Source: Felis catus (lineage: Eukaryota). From it: a stretch of 64,000 nt of DNA. Both the position numbers and the translations under genes were made by a program. Under the pieces are notes generated by a model, which was not told where the DNA came from, did not search any database, and saw only the letters and a list, made by a program, of their open reading frames with translations. The DNA lies in the NCBI RefSeq assembly GCF_018350175.1, contig NC_058378.1, positions 24,180,001 to 24,244,000 of the forward strand. The letters run 5' to 3'. Of the stretch, positions 36,940 to 49,698 are shown one piece after another; the stretch's first letter is position 1, and each line of letters opens with the position of its first letter.

Positions 36940-37110
36940 AACTTTCACAGATAAAATGGGTTAGCCCACACAAAGCACTCTGCAATATAGATATTATCTG
37001 TCTTTTACAGATGAAGAAACAGGGCTCAAAGGGATTTGCTAATTTATCCAAAGTTGTAGTTTGCAAACTCAAAGCCAAAATTAGGACTCAGCCCTATATT
37101 CCATCCCTCC
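36940..37110 (-). mobile_element. MIR
   Basis: ttttacagatgaagaaacagggctcaaaggg...atttatccaaagttg. Confidence 0.65.
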
Positions 37111-37769
37111 ATTAACGGCACCGTATAAGTCCCAATGGTCCTGGAAACATGGAGCTTCGTCATGCTGAATGGGAGAAATGACACGTGGCATCTGTCATGC
37201 AGCATTTAGTCACGATTCATTTGCTGCTCTCGGCTAGCGTTTCTAAAACGTGTTGGCGTATGTGGCCCTAAGACTCTGGAAAAAAAAAAGTAAAGAATCT
37301 CCTCTGTGCAAATACATGTTATCACACTTGAGATGTCTGTTTCACCTTATTTGACCGCGTATTTCCCAAGCTTATTTGGGCACAGACTTTTTTTATATAA
37401 CATCTATTAAAATCCTGCAGAATTAGTGTGCTGTGCACGAAATACACTTTTGGAAAAGTATATAAAAATGATTTGAGGCAAGTTGAGAAAGTCAGAGAAA
37501 GTAATCAGAGGAGATACAAACTAGTCAAGAAAAAGTATGTGAGAGCAAAGGGGTCGCCTGGGGGAAGGATATTGCACTGGGCGTTGGTGGGCTTGGTTCT
37601 GCACTTGTGTGTACTCTGCCTTTTATAGATGCTCAGACATGTCCCTACCCCACTCTCAGCCTCAATTTCCCCAACTCTGAATTGAAGGGGTTTGCCTGGG
37701 AGATCTCTAAAGTTGTTTCTCACACTAATAGTCATTTTTCCCCATGAGATTCTGGAACTTAACTCCATG

Positions 37770-38130
37770 AAAGTTTTTATTTCAAACTTTTTTCCTTGAT
37801 ATAACTTGAAGCTTACAAAAAGTTGTAAAAATGACACACAAGTATTTTCCATATATTCTTTTTCCAGAATTCATTCACTGTTCACATTTTCCCCATTTAT
37901 GTGATTGTTCTCTCTCTCATGTTCTTTTTCTGAATCATTTGAGGGTAAGTTGGAGACATCAGGCCACTTTACCCTTGCATACTCCAGGGTTAATTTTCTA
38001 AAAATTAAGACATTCTCTTATATATGCACAGTATACTTATCAAAATCAGGTACTTAGACTGATACAATACTATTAGGTAAGTCACAGTTAGTAATCATAT
38101 TTCATCAATTTTCCCAATAAGATCTTCATA
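37770..38130 (-). mobile_element. L1MC-type 3' end
   Basis: gcttacaaaaagttgtaaaaat...tgaatcatttgagggtaagttggagacatc...aagacattctcttatat...ttatcaaaatcagg. Confidence 0.7.
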
Positions 38131-39270
38131 GCTCTTCTTTTCCCCCTGGTCTCTGCCACCTTCTTCTAGTGGGCAAGGTTAGGTCTATCTTGAAATCATG
38201 CATCCACCTAAAAAAATGAAATGAATGGATCATTCTATTTCCCATTTCCTCTTGCTTTAGCACTGGGTAAAGTGGTGGAAGAGACAGAGTAGAATTATTT
38301 GAAAAGTGATCAGAAATAAACTTTGGACTTATATTGACCTGCACAAGAACAAATGCCCCAGCGTTGATTCTGTCTTTGCTGAAAACCATTGGCAATTACA
38401 ATGATAAAACAATGTTTGATTCATGATAAAACATCATCACTTTCTGAAAAAAAAATTGGTCGTTCATTCTTTTAATAAAGGAATTATTTTCACTGTGGAT
38501 ACATATTTCCTGAGTTTGCAAATCCTTTTGAATTACATCCGGCAGCATGAAGGCATGGTGAGACACCCAGTTGGCTAGAGACGGTTTACGTAGGGAAAGA
38601 GTGGGAATCGTGCTGACAAAGCTAGGTTTGGTCCGAGCCTTGAATACTTAAATACTTCATGTAGGATTTTATTTTATTTGTTTTCCTTAGAGAGAAAGAT
38701 TTCATCATAATCTTCCAGCACTGTAGGGCAGTGGAAAGAGCGCAGACTTTGAAGTCCTAGGGATCAAATCTTAGTTTAGTGACTTATTAGCTGAGTATGC
38801 CCTTTGACCTCTCTGGACCTCATTTATAAAATACAGATGTTAATAATGCAGACTCACAGGTGGGATTCAATGAACTCACATATACAGCATTGGTTTTCCC
38901 TCTCCCCACCGCTGCCTCTCTCATACTCTCATATCTTCAAATACTCTCCTGTATTGAATGCTAAAAGTCTAATATCAACTCAGGGTTTGATGTTTACCTG
39001 AGACCTATAACTTGGGGTGGGGGGTTAGTTTGGGAATAAGAATATCATGATGCTGTAAAATACCTCGATAGTGGTAGTTTTGACATTTCAGCCTGGAGTT
39101 TTATTGATTTTTTTCCCTCTTATGTGTATTTGGTTGCCATCCACTTTACTCTTTTCCCCAGATTTCTTCAGTCTGATTGGAAACCTTAAACATGACAATA
39201 CGGTTTTACAATAAAGGGTCCAACTGCAGGTGCTGAGGAAATGAAGCCAAGGGTCTCTCCCTCCTTTCTT

Positions 39271-39487
39271 TTTTTTTTTTTCAACGTTTATTTTTTATTT
39301 TTGGGACACAGAGAGACAGAGCATGAACGGGGGAGGGGCAGAGAGAGAGGGAGACACAGAATCGGAAACAGGCTCCAGGCTCCGAGCCATCAGCCCAGAG
39401 CCTGACGTGGGGCTCGAACTCCCGGACCGCGAGATCGTGACCTGGCTGAAGTCGGACGCTTAACCGACTGCGCCACCCAGGCGCCCC
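39271..39487 (-). mobile_element. Young SINEC_Fc with 15-bp TSD
   Basis: TSD tctccctcctttctt at 39256-39270 and 39488-39502; CpGs intact; pure T tail. Confidence 0.97.
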
Positions 39488-41487
39488 TCTCCCTCCTTTC
39501 TTGAGGAGAAAGGCTGGGTCAGGTGCTGGGAGAAAGCTGGTTGGAAAACATATGTGTGCATGTAGTTTGGAAACCTTTCTTTTCTTGCTCCATCTTTTGG
39601 AGAAATTTTTATTCTCCTTGGAGACCCATTTGGGAAGAATTTTGGCTAAATCATGTGTCTGTGGGAGACCATTCTTATCTGGACCTGGAGCTGAGACTGG
39701 AGGCCAAAGGGAAGCACCATTTCAGGAGCAGTCAAGTGCATTGTGTCTTTGGCTCTGGAAAATTAATTCCAAAAGGCATGTGTAGCCACTATTCTCATCC
39801 ATCTTTTAAAAAGCAAATAGTGGACACATAGCCAGCAGTAGCCAACAAATGCCAAAAATATCCAAGTCCATCATCCCTAGGCACAAGTTAGTTGCTATAG
39901 AGAAAAGCCAACAACTCTTAAACCTTTTTTTTTTTTTTTTTTTTTTTGGCTACAGGTGGGTGGTAAAATAATAAAGAGAGGGGGGTTAGGAACACGATGA
40001 AACAAAGATGATAAATGGAAACCATTTTCTTTTAAGGGCCTCTCAAAAGAAGCAGTGTTTCTCCAGAGCCACCCCCTGCCCCCAACCGGTATGGACTTGC
40101 TCGACAATGACTGGCATTTCCGTTCTCAGGTAGAAATAGTCCAAGAAAGAAACTTGCTCATGCATTTGTGTTATTATGGACTCGTGTGATATGTCTGATG
40201 AATTGAGTTAATTCATTCTTTAACTTAACTGGCAAGATTTAATGGTTCACATTGAAAGCATGAATAACCATTTGTTCCTTGAATGACTCCAGTTTAATGC
40301 CTCCTGATGTCAGTGTATTTTGCCCAGGGTAAAACTTGCTATATGAATTATTCACTGCTTGATGGAATGAATGGGACCATGTTTGCCCACAGAATGTTAG
40401 CTTGGTTATCTGACACGATGGGGCACAGCGGATGCCTACAAAGGACAATGGATAATTTAGAATGTGGTTCCAGCGCCCAGCCATTGCAGTTAAGATCTTT
40501 ATAGGAAGCATAGCACCTTTTTGTCTTGCACCACACATCAAGATGGCCTCAGTGAGCCAAGAAACTCTTGGCCTTTGAAAAAAAAACAAAAAACATCTAA
40601 GTGTGGTTCTGCAGTGGATTGTCTTTGGTTAAATCTTGGTTAGCGAAGGGTGGAAGGTAGTGAAGAAGGAAAAACATTTAAGAATTTAAAATAAATAAGG
40701 AAATTAGTAATGTTCATTATGGTGATTTGACCAATGTGAAATCAGATATTTTTGGTGAAGGAGAAATAATGTGTGACCAATAATAAAGAATCTTAACTTT
40801 GATTTTAGAGTGAAGATGTTACAGACTCCTCTGGCTTAAGAGCATTTGGGGTGAGTTATTTTTCTGGCTATAGTGCCCAGCCTTGCCACTGAAATGCTTC
40901 TGGTTTAATAAGAACAATTTATAATCTGGAGAGACAGTTAATGCAACTTAGTGGGAGCTGATAAATGAACCACTAAGTTTACTTATACAAATAAGTGGGA
41001 CATTAATCTTGACTTTGAGTTTCCCCATTGGGTTCACTTTATAACCATTTGTGATATGAGTGACAGGAAGGAATGATTGGCAAGTCTTAATGGTTGGCAA
41101 AACTTTTCTTAATGTCTTTAAACTTTACAAACAAGACAAATAAGCCCTGATATTGAAATACAAGATTCAACTGGCTTCCAGCCTTTTAGTATTCTTGGCT
41201 TTACTATAACCTGTGGATAACTTGTGAGGTTGGCAGAGCATTTGAAATCCACCCAGAGACAAAGCTGAAATCTCAGCTGGGCTTCGGGTCTCCCTGCAGC
41301 TGAGCTGGGTAACTCCAGCAGGCATGATGGCCTCTTTCCTGATTGTAAATCTACCAGAGAGAAAGTGTCCACCCCTGGTTCAAACAGCTCTGGCCAAAAG
41401 GTTTATAGTACATGTCTGCAAGGTTCCATCCCTGTTGTGGATGGAGTTAACTTTCAGAGGAGAGATATCAGGGGCTGGAAAGTCATC

Positions 41488-41972
41488 CATGGTAGGCTGT
41501 CTAATGGCCCCCAAAAGAAGTCCATGTCCTAATCCTCGGAACCTGTGAATATTATTACCTTGTACAGCAAAAGAGATTTGCAGATGTGATTAGGTTAAGG
41601 ATCTTGAGATGGGGACATTATCTTGCATTATCTGGATGGGTTCTCAATTAATCACAAGAGTCCTTGTATGAGGGAGCCAAGAAAGTCAAAAGAGTAAGTA
41701 GGAGAGGTGATAACAGAAGCAAGAGGTTGGAGCAATGGGAGGAAGAAGCCCTGAGCCAAGGAATGCAGGCATCCTCCAAAGCTGGAAAAGGCTAGGAAAC
41801 AGACTCTCCCCAGAGACTCTAGAAGGATCCATCCCTGCCCACACTCTGACTTTAGCTCAGTGAACTGATTTTGGACGTGTGGCCTCCAGTACTGTAAGAG
41901 AATACATTTGTGCTCTTTTAAGCCACCTCAGCTTGTGGTAATTTGTAACAGCAGTGATAGGAAAGGAATCCA
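41488..41972 (+). mobile_element. MLT1D-like MaLR solo LTR
   Basis: tggtaggctgtctaatggccccc...gcagatgtgattaggttaaggatcttgagatgggg...gagccaaggaatgcaggc...ttgtggtaatttgtaacagcag. Confidence 0.88.
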
Positions 41973-42399
41973 ACCCCCAAAGGGTCCCTCCTTAATTAGT
42001 CTCATTGTTATCACCCTGCTCCTCACCCCCATGTCAGTTTTAAAGCCCAATTTCATAGTATCATCCCATAGTCTTGTTAGTTCACTGTAAAAGAACTATT
42101 GAAATATAGACTCGCACGTTGCTTCCTCTGAATCAGAAGACTCTTTGTGTTTGTGGAAATACTGTGCTCAACAGAAAGGTCTGTGTTTCCAAAAGGAAGT
42201 GAAGCTTTTCCATTTTACATGTGGTGAAGCTCGAGGAATTGTTGATGCAAGGATAAATAAATGAAGGAAGGAAAACAGAAAAAAAAGCTATTGAAAGTCA
42301 ATGCATAACTCAACAGTTTCTGTTTAATGGTTAAATGAATTTCAGTGCTAACTCTCATTGGAAGAAGTAAGAAATGGGGAAATCCACCTCTGGATTTTA

Positions 42400-42579
42400 T
42401 TTTACTTTTAAATTTTTATTTATTTATTTTGAAAGGGGGTGGATGGGGCAGAGAGAGAGGGAGAGAGAGAATCCCAAGCAAGAGCGGGGCTCAATCTCAC
42501 TAATCCAATGGTGAGAGGATGACCTGAGCCAAAATCAAGAGTCAGGTGCTTTTTTACTGACTGAGCCACCTAGGCACTC
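42400..42579 (-). mobile_element. Can-SINE (internally shortened)
   Basis: TSD-like ctggatttta at 42390-42399 and 42586-42595. Confidence 0.85.
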
Positions 42580-43432
42580 CTCATCCCTGGATTTTAAATT
42601 AGCCTTTGTTTTCATTTGAGTCTGATAAAAATGCTAAAGGGAAACCTGATTTTTCCTCCAAAACAACTCTTTGAGCTTTTTGTGGCTATGTCTCCAAAAG
42701 ATATGGTTTCCTTTTACTTATTCCCCCTGCATTGGTATCAACTAGAGCACATGTCACTAAAAAACTCACTTTGTAGGGAGAAGTCTGTCAGGTCATTACG
42801 ACCCTGCTAATCCCTTTGGAACAGCCTGAGACCTAGTGTTGGGTTTTTGATTCTCAATTATTTTCCCTATTTCTTAGTGTGGGGAGGAAGAGTTAGCCAA
42901 TTAGTAAAGAGGGGAGACTGAGACTGTTATTAAAAACTCTACAGTCTCCTGAGCTTTTATTGACAAATTCCAGGTCTTTTCTGATCTTCATTCTCGCTCA
43001 GTAATGTCTAGCATTTGACACAACTGGTTACTCTGTCCATCTTGAAGCTGTCTCTTTTTTTTTTATCCCTGTCACTTTGCTCTTCCCTGATTTCCCCCCT
43101 ACCTGTCCAATCACCATGGCTCTGCTCCCCTTCCATGGCTTTCTCTTTAACTGTGGGCTTTTCTCCTGTCTCAGTACTCACTTCCTGCCCTCTTCCTTCT
43201 CTGTGCTCACTTTCATTTTGATGGCAATGCAAGGCTTTCTTTTTATCCTGACCTCCAACCTAGCATTTAAAAACAACCATCAGACAATGCCACTTGGGTA
43301 GTTTGTCCTCTGTCATATACCAACAACCTGCAATATGTATGGGGTCTCTTCTGTCCTCGGCTCCTTGCATATGCTGTTCCCTGGATCTGGCAGTCATTCT
43401 TTGCCCATCAAATTCCTACAGATCACAATTTA

Positions 43433-44171
43433 TTTATTTATTTATTTTAAATATGAAATTTATTGTCAGATTGGTTTCCATACAACACCCAGTGCTCATC
43501 CCAAAATGTGCCCTCCTCAATACCTATCACCTACCCTCCCTCCCTCCCACCCCCCATCAACCCTCAGTTTGTTCTCAGGTTTTAAGAGTCTCATACTTTG
43601 GCTCTCTCCCTCTCTAACCTCTTTTTTTTTCTTCCCCTCCCCCATGGACTTCTGTTAAGTTTCTCCTCCACATAAGAGGGAAAACATGGTATCTGTCTTT
43701 TTCTGTATGACTTATTTCAGTTAGCATAACACTCTCCAGTTCCATCCACGTTGCTACAAAAGGCCATATTTCGTTCTTTCTCATTGCCACGTAGTATTCC
43801 ATTGTGTATATAAACCACAAGTTCTTTATCCATTCATCCGTTGATGGACATTTAGGCTCTCTCCATAATTTGGCTATTGTTGAAAGTGCTGCTATAAACA
43901 TTGGGGTACAAGTGCCCCTATGCATCAGCACTCCTGTATCCCTTGGGTAAATTCCTAGCAGTGCTANNNNNNNNNNNNNNNNNNNNNNNNNNNNNNNNNN
44001 NNNNNNNNNNNNNNNNNNNNNNNNNNNNNNNNNNNNNNNNNNNNNNNNNNNNNNNNNNNNNNNNNNNNNNNNNNNNNNNNNNNNNNNNNNNNNNNNNNNN
44101 NNNNNNNNNNNNNNNNNNTTCATTTAAGCCACTCTGACTGGTGTGAGGTGATATCTGAGTGTGGTTTTGAT
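43433..44171 (-). mobile_element. Young feline L1, 5'-truncated (739 bp), ORF2 C-terminus plus 3'UTR, 16-bp TSD
   Basis: Translation LLGIYP..CTPMFIAALSTIAKLWREPKCPSTDEWIK.LW.IYTMEYY.AMRKNEI.PF.ATWMELE is L1 ORF2p C-terminus; TSD tacagatcacaattta at 43417-43432 and 44172-44187. Confidence 0.97.
43967..44118. other. N block 6 (152 nt)
   Basis: Run of N inside the young L1. Confidence 0.99.
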
Positions 44172-44732
44172 TACAGATCACAATTTAAATATCATTTCCT
44201 TATGGAAGCATTCTCTGACTGCAGACCATGTTGGCTCCCTACTATAGGCTCTCTCAGCACCTGGTGGGAAAAAAAAAAGATTCAAAATCTTTTTTTGAGA
44301 AAAAAATAATGAAATAAAAACTAGTCCCCCTTTTAAGAAGGAAGTCAGTTTTAATTAAAGGGAAATTATGAACCATATCAATTGAGGCCAGAAATATTTA
44401 GTTTTTCAGAAACCAAGCTGTAAAATACTTATAGGGAAGCTGAATTTATAACTTAGTGAACTGAACCAAGAGCTTCCGTTCAGTGACTCAGTGACTAAGG
44501 GTTCTAAGTATGATCAAATGTGACATGCCCTGCTTACTAGCATGCAAAGTTGTGATATAGGTTTAAGACAAAGCTTGTCATTACCCATCTGACATTTAAA
44601 CCTCAGTGTTTAGATAATTGTGGAAAGTCATAAATCATGGCTAGTGTAGAAGACCGTTCATGAATTGTATATATTGTTAACCATTTTTAATATAACTGAA
44701 CTTAAAGTGAATTCTCTTAGGTTTTTAAAAAA

Positions 44733-44942
44733 ATTTTTTTTAACGTTTATTTATTTTTGAGACAGAGAGAGACAGAGCATGAATGGGGCAAGGTCAGAGA
44801 GAGGGAGACACAGAATCTGAAACAGGCTCCAGGCTCTGAGCCATCAGCCCAGAGCCCGACGCGGGGCTCGAACTCACGGACCGTGAGATCGTGACCTGAA
44901 CCGAAATTGGCCGCTTAACCGACTGAGCCACCCAGATGCCCC
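44733..44942 (-). mobile_element. SINEC_Fc with 16-bp TSD
   Basis: TSD ttaggtttttaaaaaa at 44717-44732 and 44943-44958. Confidence 0.95.
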
Positions 44943-45014
44943 TTAGGTTTTTAAAAAATATTTCCCTCCTATAGCTCACCTCTTTATTCTGCCATATAGG
45001 TGATTAAAAAATTT

Positions 45015-45490
45015 TTTTCATGATATAATTTACATAGCATATAATTCACCCATTTAAAGTGTACAACTCAGTGGAGTTGAGTGTATTCAGAGCTGTGCAA
45101 CTGTCCCCACGGTCAATTTTAGAACATTTCCATCACCCTGATAAGAAACCCTATATTTCTTAGCTGTCACTCCCCAGTCTTTCCACCTCACCCCCAGCCC
45201 TAGGCAACCACTAGTCAACTTTCTGTCTTGATGGATTTACCCATTCTGGACAGTTCATATAAATGGAGTCATACAATATGTGGCACTTTNNNNNNNNNNN
45301 NNNNNNNNNNNNNNNNNNNNNNNNNNNNNNNNNNNNNNNNNNNNNNNNNNNNNNNNNNNNNNNNNNNNNNNNNNNNNNNNNNNNNNNNNNNNNNNNNNNN
45401 NNNNNNNNNNNNNNNNNNNNNNNNNNNTGATGGTCCTCTCTGTCACTTCCATGTTTTGGCTAATGCAAATAACGCTGCTGTGAATATGGA
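45015..45490 (-). mobile_element. L1MB-type 3' end, partly masked
   Basis: ataatttacatagcatataattcacccatttaaagtgtacaactcagtgg...ccagccctaggcaaccactagtc...catataaatggagtcatacaatatgtgg. Confidence 0.85.
45290..45427. other. N block 7 (138 nt)
   Basis: Run of N inside an old L1. Confidence 0.99.
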
Positions 45491-45649
45491 ATGATTTCTG
45501 AGCCCTGAGAGCTGCTTCTCCCTTTTTTCTCCTCCCTGTAGTCATTTAAAAATAAACGATGGCTGGAGTATTTCTAAGTCTGAAACTACAACACAAAATA
45601 TTATTTATTCTTTGACAACCCTACAGAATTTATTACACCTATTGTTATT

Positions 45650-46300
45650 TAGTAAACTGTATGTACCTATTTATGCAATGTAGGTCTTCTCCCTTGTCTG
45701 TGAACTCTGTGAGGCCAAGGATCATGTCGAGTTTGCTTGTGTCTGTATCCCTGGCACCTGGCCCAGGGATTAGCATGTATTAAATATTCCTTGACTAACT
45801 AATTCTGCTTAGCCCCAACCACAGATTGGCCTCTCGTCTCCAGTTCCCCATTTCTATAAATGGCATTACTGTTATCTCAGTAACTTGAGACCCAAATCAG
45901 AGTTGTATTTTGACTCTTCCCTTTTTCACTTCTTCCTCTACATCTGATCAGTCAGCAATTTTCTTGAAATTTTTTTTCAGAGATTTGGAGAATGAATTCT
46001 GAGGGGAAAGGTGTCTAAAAATGTTTGTGGGAGAAAGTAGAAAAGTTCAAAGAGGAGTTTCCTGAGGTTGATTCTCAACAATTGTGGGTGCATTCCTTTT
46101 TCCGGATACTACCCAATCTAGACCCTCACACTTGGCCTCCCTGCCTTATTCTCTTCATATCTAAGGTCTTTTGTAGAGAGTTTTCAAAGTAATCTTCACA
46201 AAATACAATTATATCATTTCACTTCCCTCTTCATGAATTACAGTGGTTTCCCACTGGCCACAGACTAGAAGCCCTCAACCCAGAGTTGGAAGATTTCCAC
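45650..46300 (+). mobile_element. L2 fragments
   Basis: ctgtgaactctgtgaggccaagg...tgtatccctggcacctggc; cagttccccatttctataaatggc; catttcacttccctcttcatgaattacagtggtttccc. Confidence 0.55.
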
Positions 46301-47105
46301 AACATGATTCCTTATATTGTGTGGCAAGTAGCCACTTCAAGTTTTTTTCTAGTGCTCCCTGCTTCCATTTATCAGAGGATAGATTCTGCTGACCTAGCCA
46401 ATTGGTCTATTGGACCTGGATTGTTGGATCAACTGCTTACCATTGCCAAGGAAGGCAAATACTAGTAATTTGGGGCACATTTCGGTCCAGGTCTCATTGA
46501 CCAATACAGAGATATATTTGATTCACTAATGTCAAATTAGTATGTTCCAACCCAAAACAAGTACCTGGATTTTTCCATCTTCTTTTCCAAAGGTGAGTTT
46601 CTCCTAACAGCATTCTATTGGAAATTTCCCATATATAGGAACTCCCTGCTTCCCTGTCATGGAGAGGATCATAAGTGGGTCAGTAGTAACTCTCCCACAT
46701 ACTGTGTTTTATGCAAGCTCATATCTTCCATGGCACCTGCTATGCTGCCTTGTGTATTGTAAAAGCAAAGGCAAAGAATTTCTTAGGAAAGAATTTCTCT
46801 CCCCACACCCCTAAACCAGAAATGTTTGTTTTTGCTAAATGAATAATAATATAAGCCATTTACGTTTGGAGATGACCTCCTTACCCCGAGGGGCGTGCTG
46901 GAATGACCACAGATGGTTGCCTACCTGACTTCCAGAGAACTTTGACCTCATTAATTACACCAGCTTTTGCTTCACTTTGTAGTGCACACCACTTTGGGGT
47001 CAGAGCTGAATTTTTTCAGACAACAGCAGAAATTTGGAGAACGTTTTTTTTTTTTTTTCTGATGAGAAAGGAAGACCCAGTGACTGGTTGAAAAAGGGCT
47101 GTGGG

Positions 47106-47320
47106 ACGGGGTGCCTGGGTGGCTCAGTTGGTTAAGCGTCCGACTTCGGCTCAGGTCGTGATCTCACGGTTCGTGGGTTTGAGCCCCGCATCGGGCTCTG
47201 TGCTGACAGCTCAGAGCCTAGAGCCTGTTTCAGATTCTGTGTCTCCCTCTCTCTCTGACCCTCCCCCACTTGCACTCTGTCTCTCTCTGTCTCAAAAATA
47301 AATAAACATTAAAAAAAAAG
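47106..47320 (+). mobile_element. SINEC_Fc with 16-bp TSD
   Basis: TSD gaaaaagggctgtggg at 47090-47105 and 47321-47336. Confidence 0.96.
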
Positions 47321-47779
47321 GAAAAAGGGCTGTGGGGGAAAATACAAAGGTTCAAAGAGGAGTTTATTGAAGTTGATTTCCATGTGGTCTGCAGTTCTCA
47401 ACCTCTCCCCTGTCTGCTCACAAAGCTTCAATAAAATCCACATTCCTTGCCAATGCTTAATGGAATAGATTTGCTGTTTGGGACTAAACCTGTCCTGAGT
47501 TAGACCTCGAAGTCTCTACAAGACAGTAACAGTGTCTGCCCATGAGAGGACAGCCACACAGAGTTTGCTTATATAGTAAGTAAATATGTATTAAATTAAT
47601 GTGTTTGTCTTGTCTTCCTAAGAAGATATAATACTCCCCTTTACCTCTAGATGATTCATAGGGAAATTATTCAATGATAACTTGCTGATTAAAAGGAATG
47701 GGCTGTAATTCTAGTGTCTTTTTAACGGAGAAAGGAAAGAAAGTTTCATAAGCACCTGCTGGGTATCCTCTTTGTAGCA

Positions 47780-47975
47780 AATGTTCACATTTAATCTCAT
47801 TTAATCCTTGCAATCTTGTGAAGCAAATACTTTTAGTATTATTCTAATGACAATTACCTTCCTTTTCTAGGTAAGAAAACTAAGGCTCAGTGAACTTAAG
47901 TAATTGCTCAGGTGTGTATCACTAGGAAGTGACAGATAATGGGCTTCTAACCCTGTTTGACACCAAAGGCTTCTT
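47780..47975 (-). mobile_element. MIR
   Basis: tttaatctcatttaatccttgcaatc...aagaaaactaaggctcagtgaacttaagtaattgctcagg. Confidence 0.65.
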
Positions 47976-49536
47976 TGAACTAGTCCACGAGCTTCAGTGG
48001 GGGGGGAGGGGGTCGGGGGAGGGAAGAGACTGTACGGTATAAAGACAAGCTCCTTGATGCTATTATATCATTCATTTGCCTATTGTATATTAATTATGTA
48101 GCAATGATTGGTGAGTCCTGAGTTTCCTGGATTTAATTTTTTTGTATCATATTATGAATGAATTATAGTTGTGAAATGTATCTTTTAATTTGAAGAACCA
48201 CCCCCAAAATCCTCTATAGTTTGTATGCCATGGTAGGTTAATAGCTTAGCTTTTCTTTGCTACCACAAAGATAGAATCTTTTACCCATTTCTGATTATTT
48301 CATTTCTGTAAGTAGAGAGTTGGGGATGAAACTGGTGTCCAGTTTCTTTCACAATGATCTGTCTTTAGATTTACTGCCCACCTCAAAAAGTTAAAGCCTG
48401 CAATAATTGTGCATATTGAATATGTCATGCCACTGGGTAGCAAATTATCGAGCTATTTTTTGACAATGCCCTCTTGAAATAGCAACATGAAAAACTGAAT
48501 TTTTATTTAAACTGCAATGACGACAATAGCTTACTTCTTGTAAGATGGAGTATTGGTTAGCAAATTACAAGCATGTGAAATTGGGTACTTCTGGTCACAG
48601 GAGAAAGTCACTGTCTATTGGCAACCATCCAAGAATGCAACCACAAGTCACAGCTGTCATAAGACCAAGCTGCTATTATGATTCCTTAGTGATATCTAGT
48701 TCAGTAAAAATGCCATTTTCAGAAGTCAATTACCAACAAAGCAGTGGTGGATTTTGTGGTTGGTTTATTTGGAAATTGTTCTTGGGGGTCTTGAGAAAAG
48801 AATCTAACTTCTTCTTCAGCAATTAGTGTGTTACTACTGATTCAGGTCACATTTAGTTTTCTTTTTAATGTATAATGTATTAGAATATGTATGAATACCT
48901 GTGTTGGCTGAAGACAAAAAAGGTACCTCTCAAGATAAATTGGCTAAGAAAAGCAAGTCAAATCACTTTGTGCAGATCTGTCTTGTGTAGGTGAAGATGT
49001 TTGTGTTCCTGAGTTTGACCCACCTATGTTTGCTTAGTTACTGTTTAACAGCTCTCGTCCAGGCCTACACGCGAGCACAGACTCATCTCTACTGTCGTGC
49101 AGACCTCCCTCAGCTTTGCTCAAGTGGTTTATCAATCTCATTTAACAGACACCTATTACATGCTGAGCACTGCTTGGGTAAAATTTGAATGCAGTATTGT
49201 TTCAAGAATCTAAGGTTTAGAGAGAGTTTTCTTGTAGCTAAAAATGGAAGGCCTTCTCTTTTCAGTCACAGCCACACTTAGACTTGGGGACCAGTCACCT
49301 TCAGGCAGGCAGGGGTTCTCATTAGATCTCTGCCTTCCAGAAGTCAGTGTGAGCCCCTTCAGCCACAGGCTTCTCAAGGTTTGTGCACATTTCCCAGGGC
49401 TTCAATTCCATCCTTGTTTCTGGCTCCAACTTTCTCTCTGAATCCCACTTAAGCTTCTTCCATGTTTCCAGTGTACATTAACTACCAGATAGGTGGTGAT
49501 TGTCTGATACGTTGAGGGTAAAAGTAGTACATTCTA

Positions 49537-49698
49537 GGCACGCCGCGGTGGCTCAGTTAGTTGAACGTCTGAATCCTGACTTTGGTTCAAATAATTATCT
49601 GTGGTCATGGGATTGAGCCCTGCACTGGGTGTGGAGCTTGCTTAAGAGTCTCTCTCTCTCTCTGCCCCCCTCTTTCTCTTTCTCTCTCTCTCTCAAAA
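49537..49698 (+). mobile_element. Can-SINE (older, short type)
   Basis: ggtggctcagttagttgaacgtctg...gagccctgcactggg, CT tract; TSD-like aaaagtag..cattcta on both sides. Confidence 0.85.

Larger units (their letters stand above)
42960..44270 (+). mobile_element. L2 fragment interrupted by the young L1
   Basis: ctagcatttgacacaactgg...; ttgcatatgctgttccctggatctgg; resumes aaatatcatttccttatggaagcattctctgac after 44187. Confidence 0.6.

Noticed and set aside
43614-44123. 169-aa ORF as a host gene
   Set aside because: It is the L1 ORF2p C-terminus of a 5'-truncated insertion, with no promoter or start.
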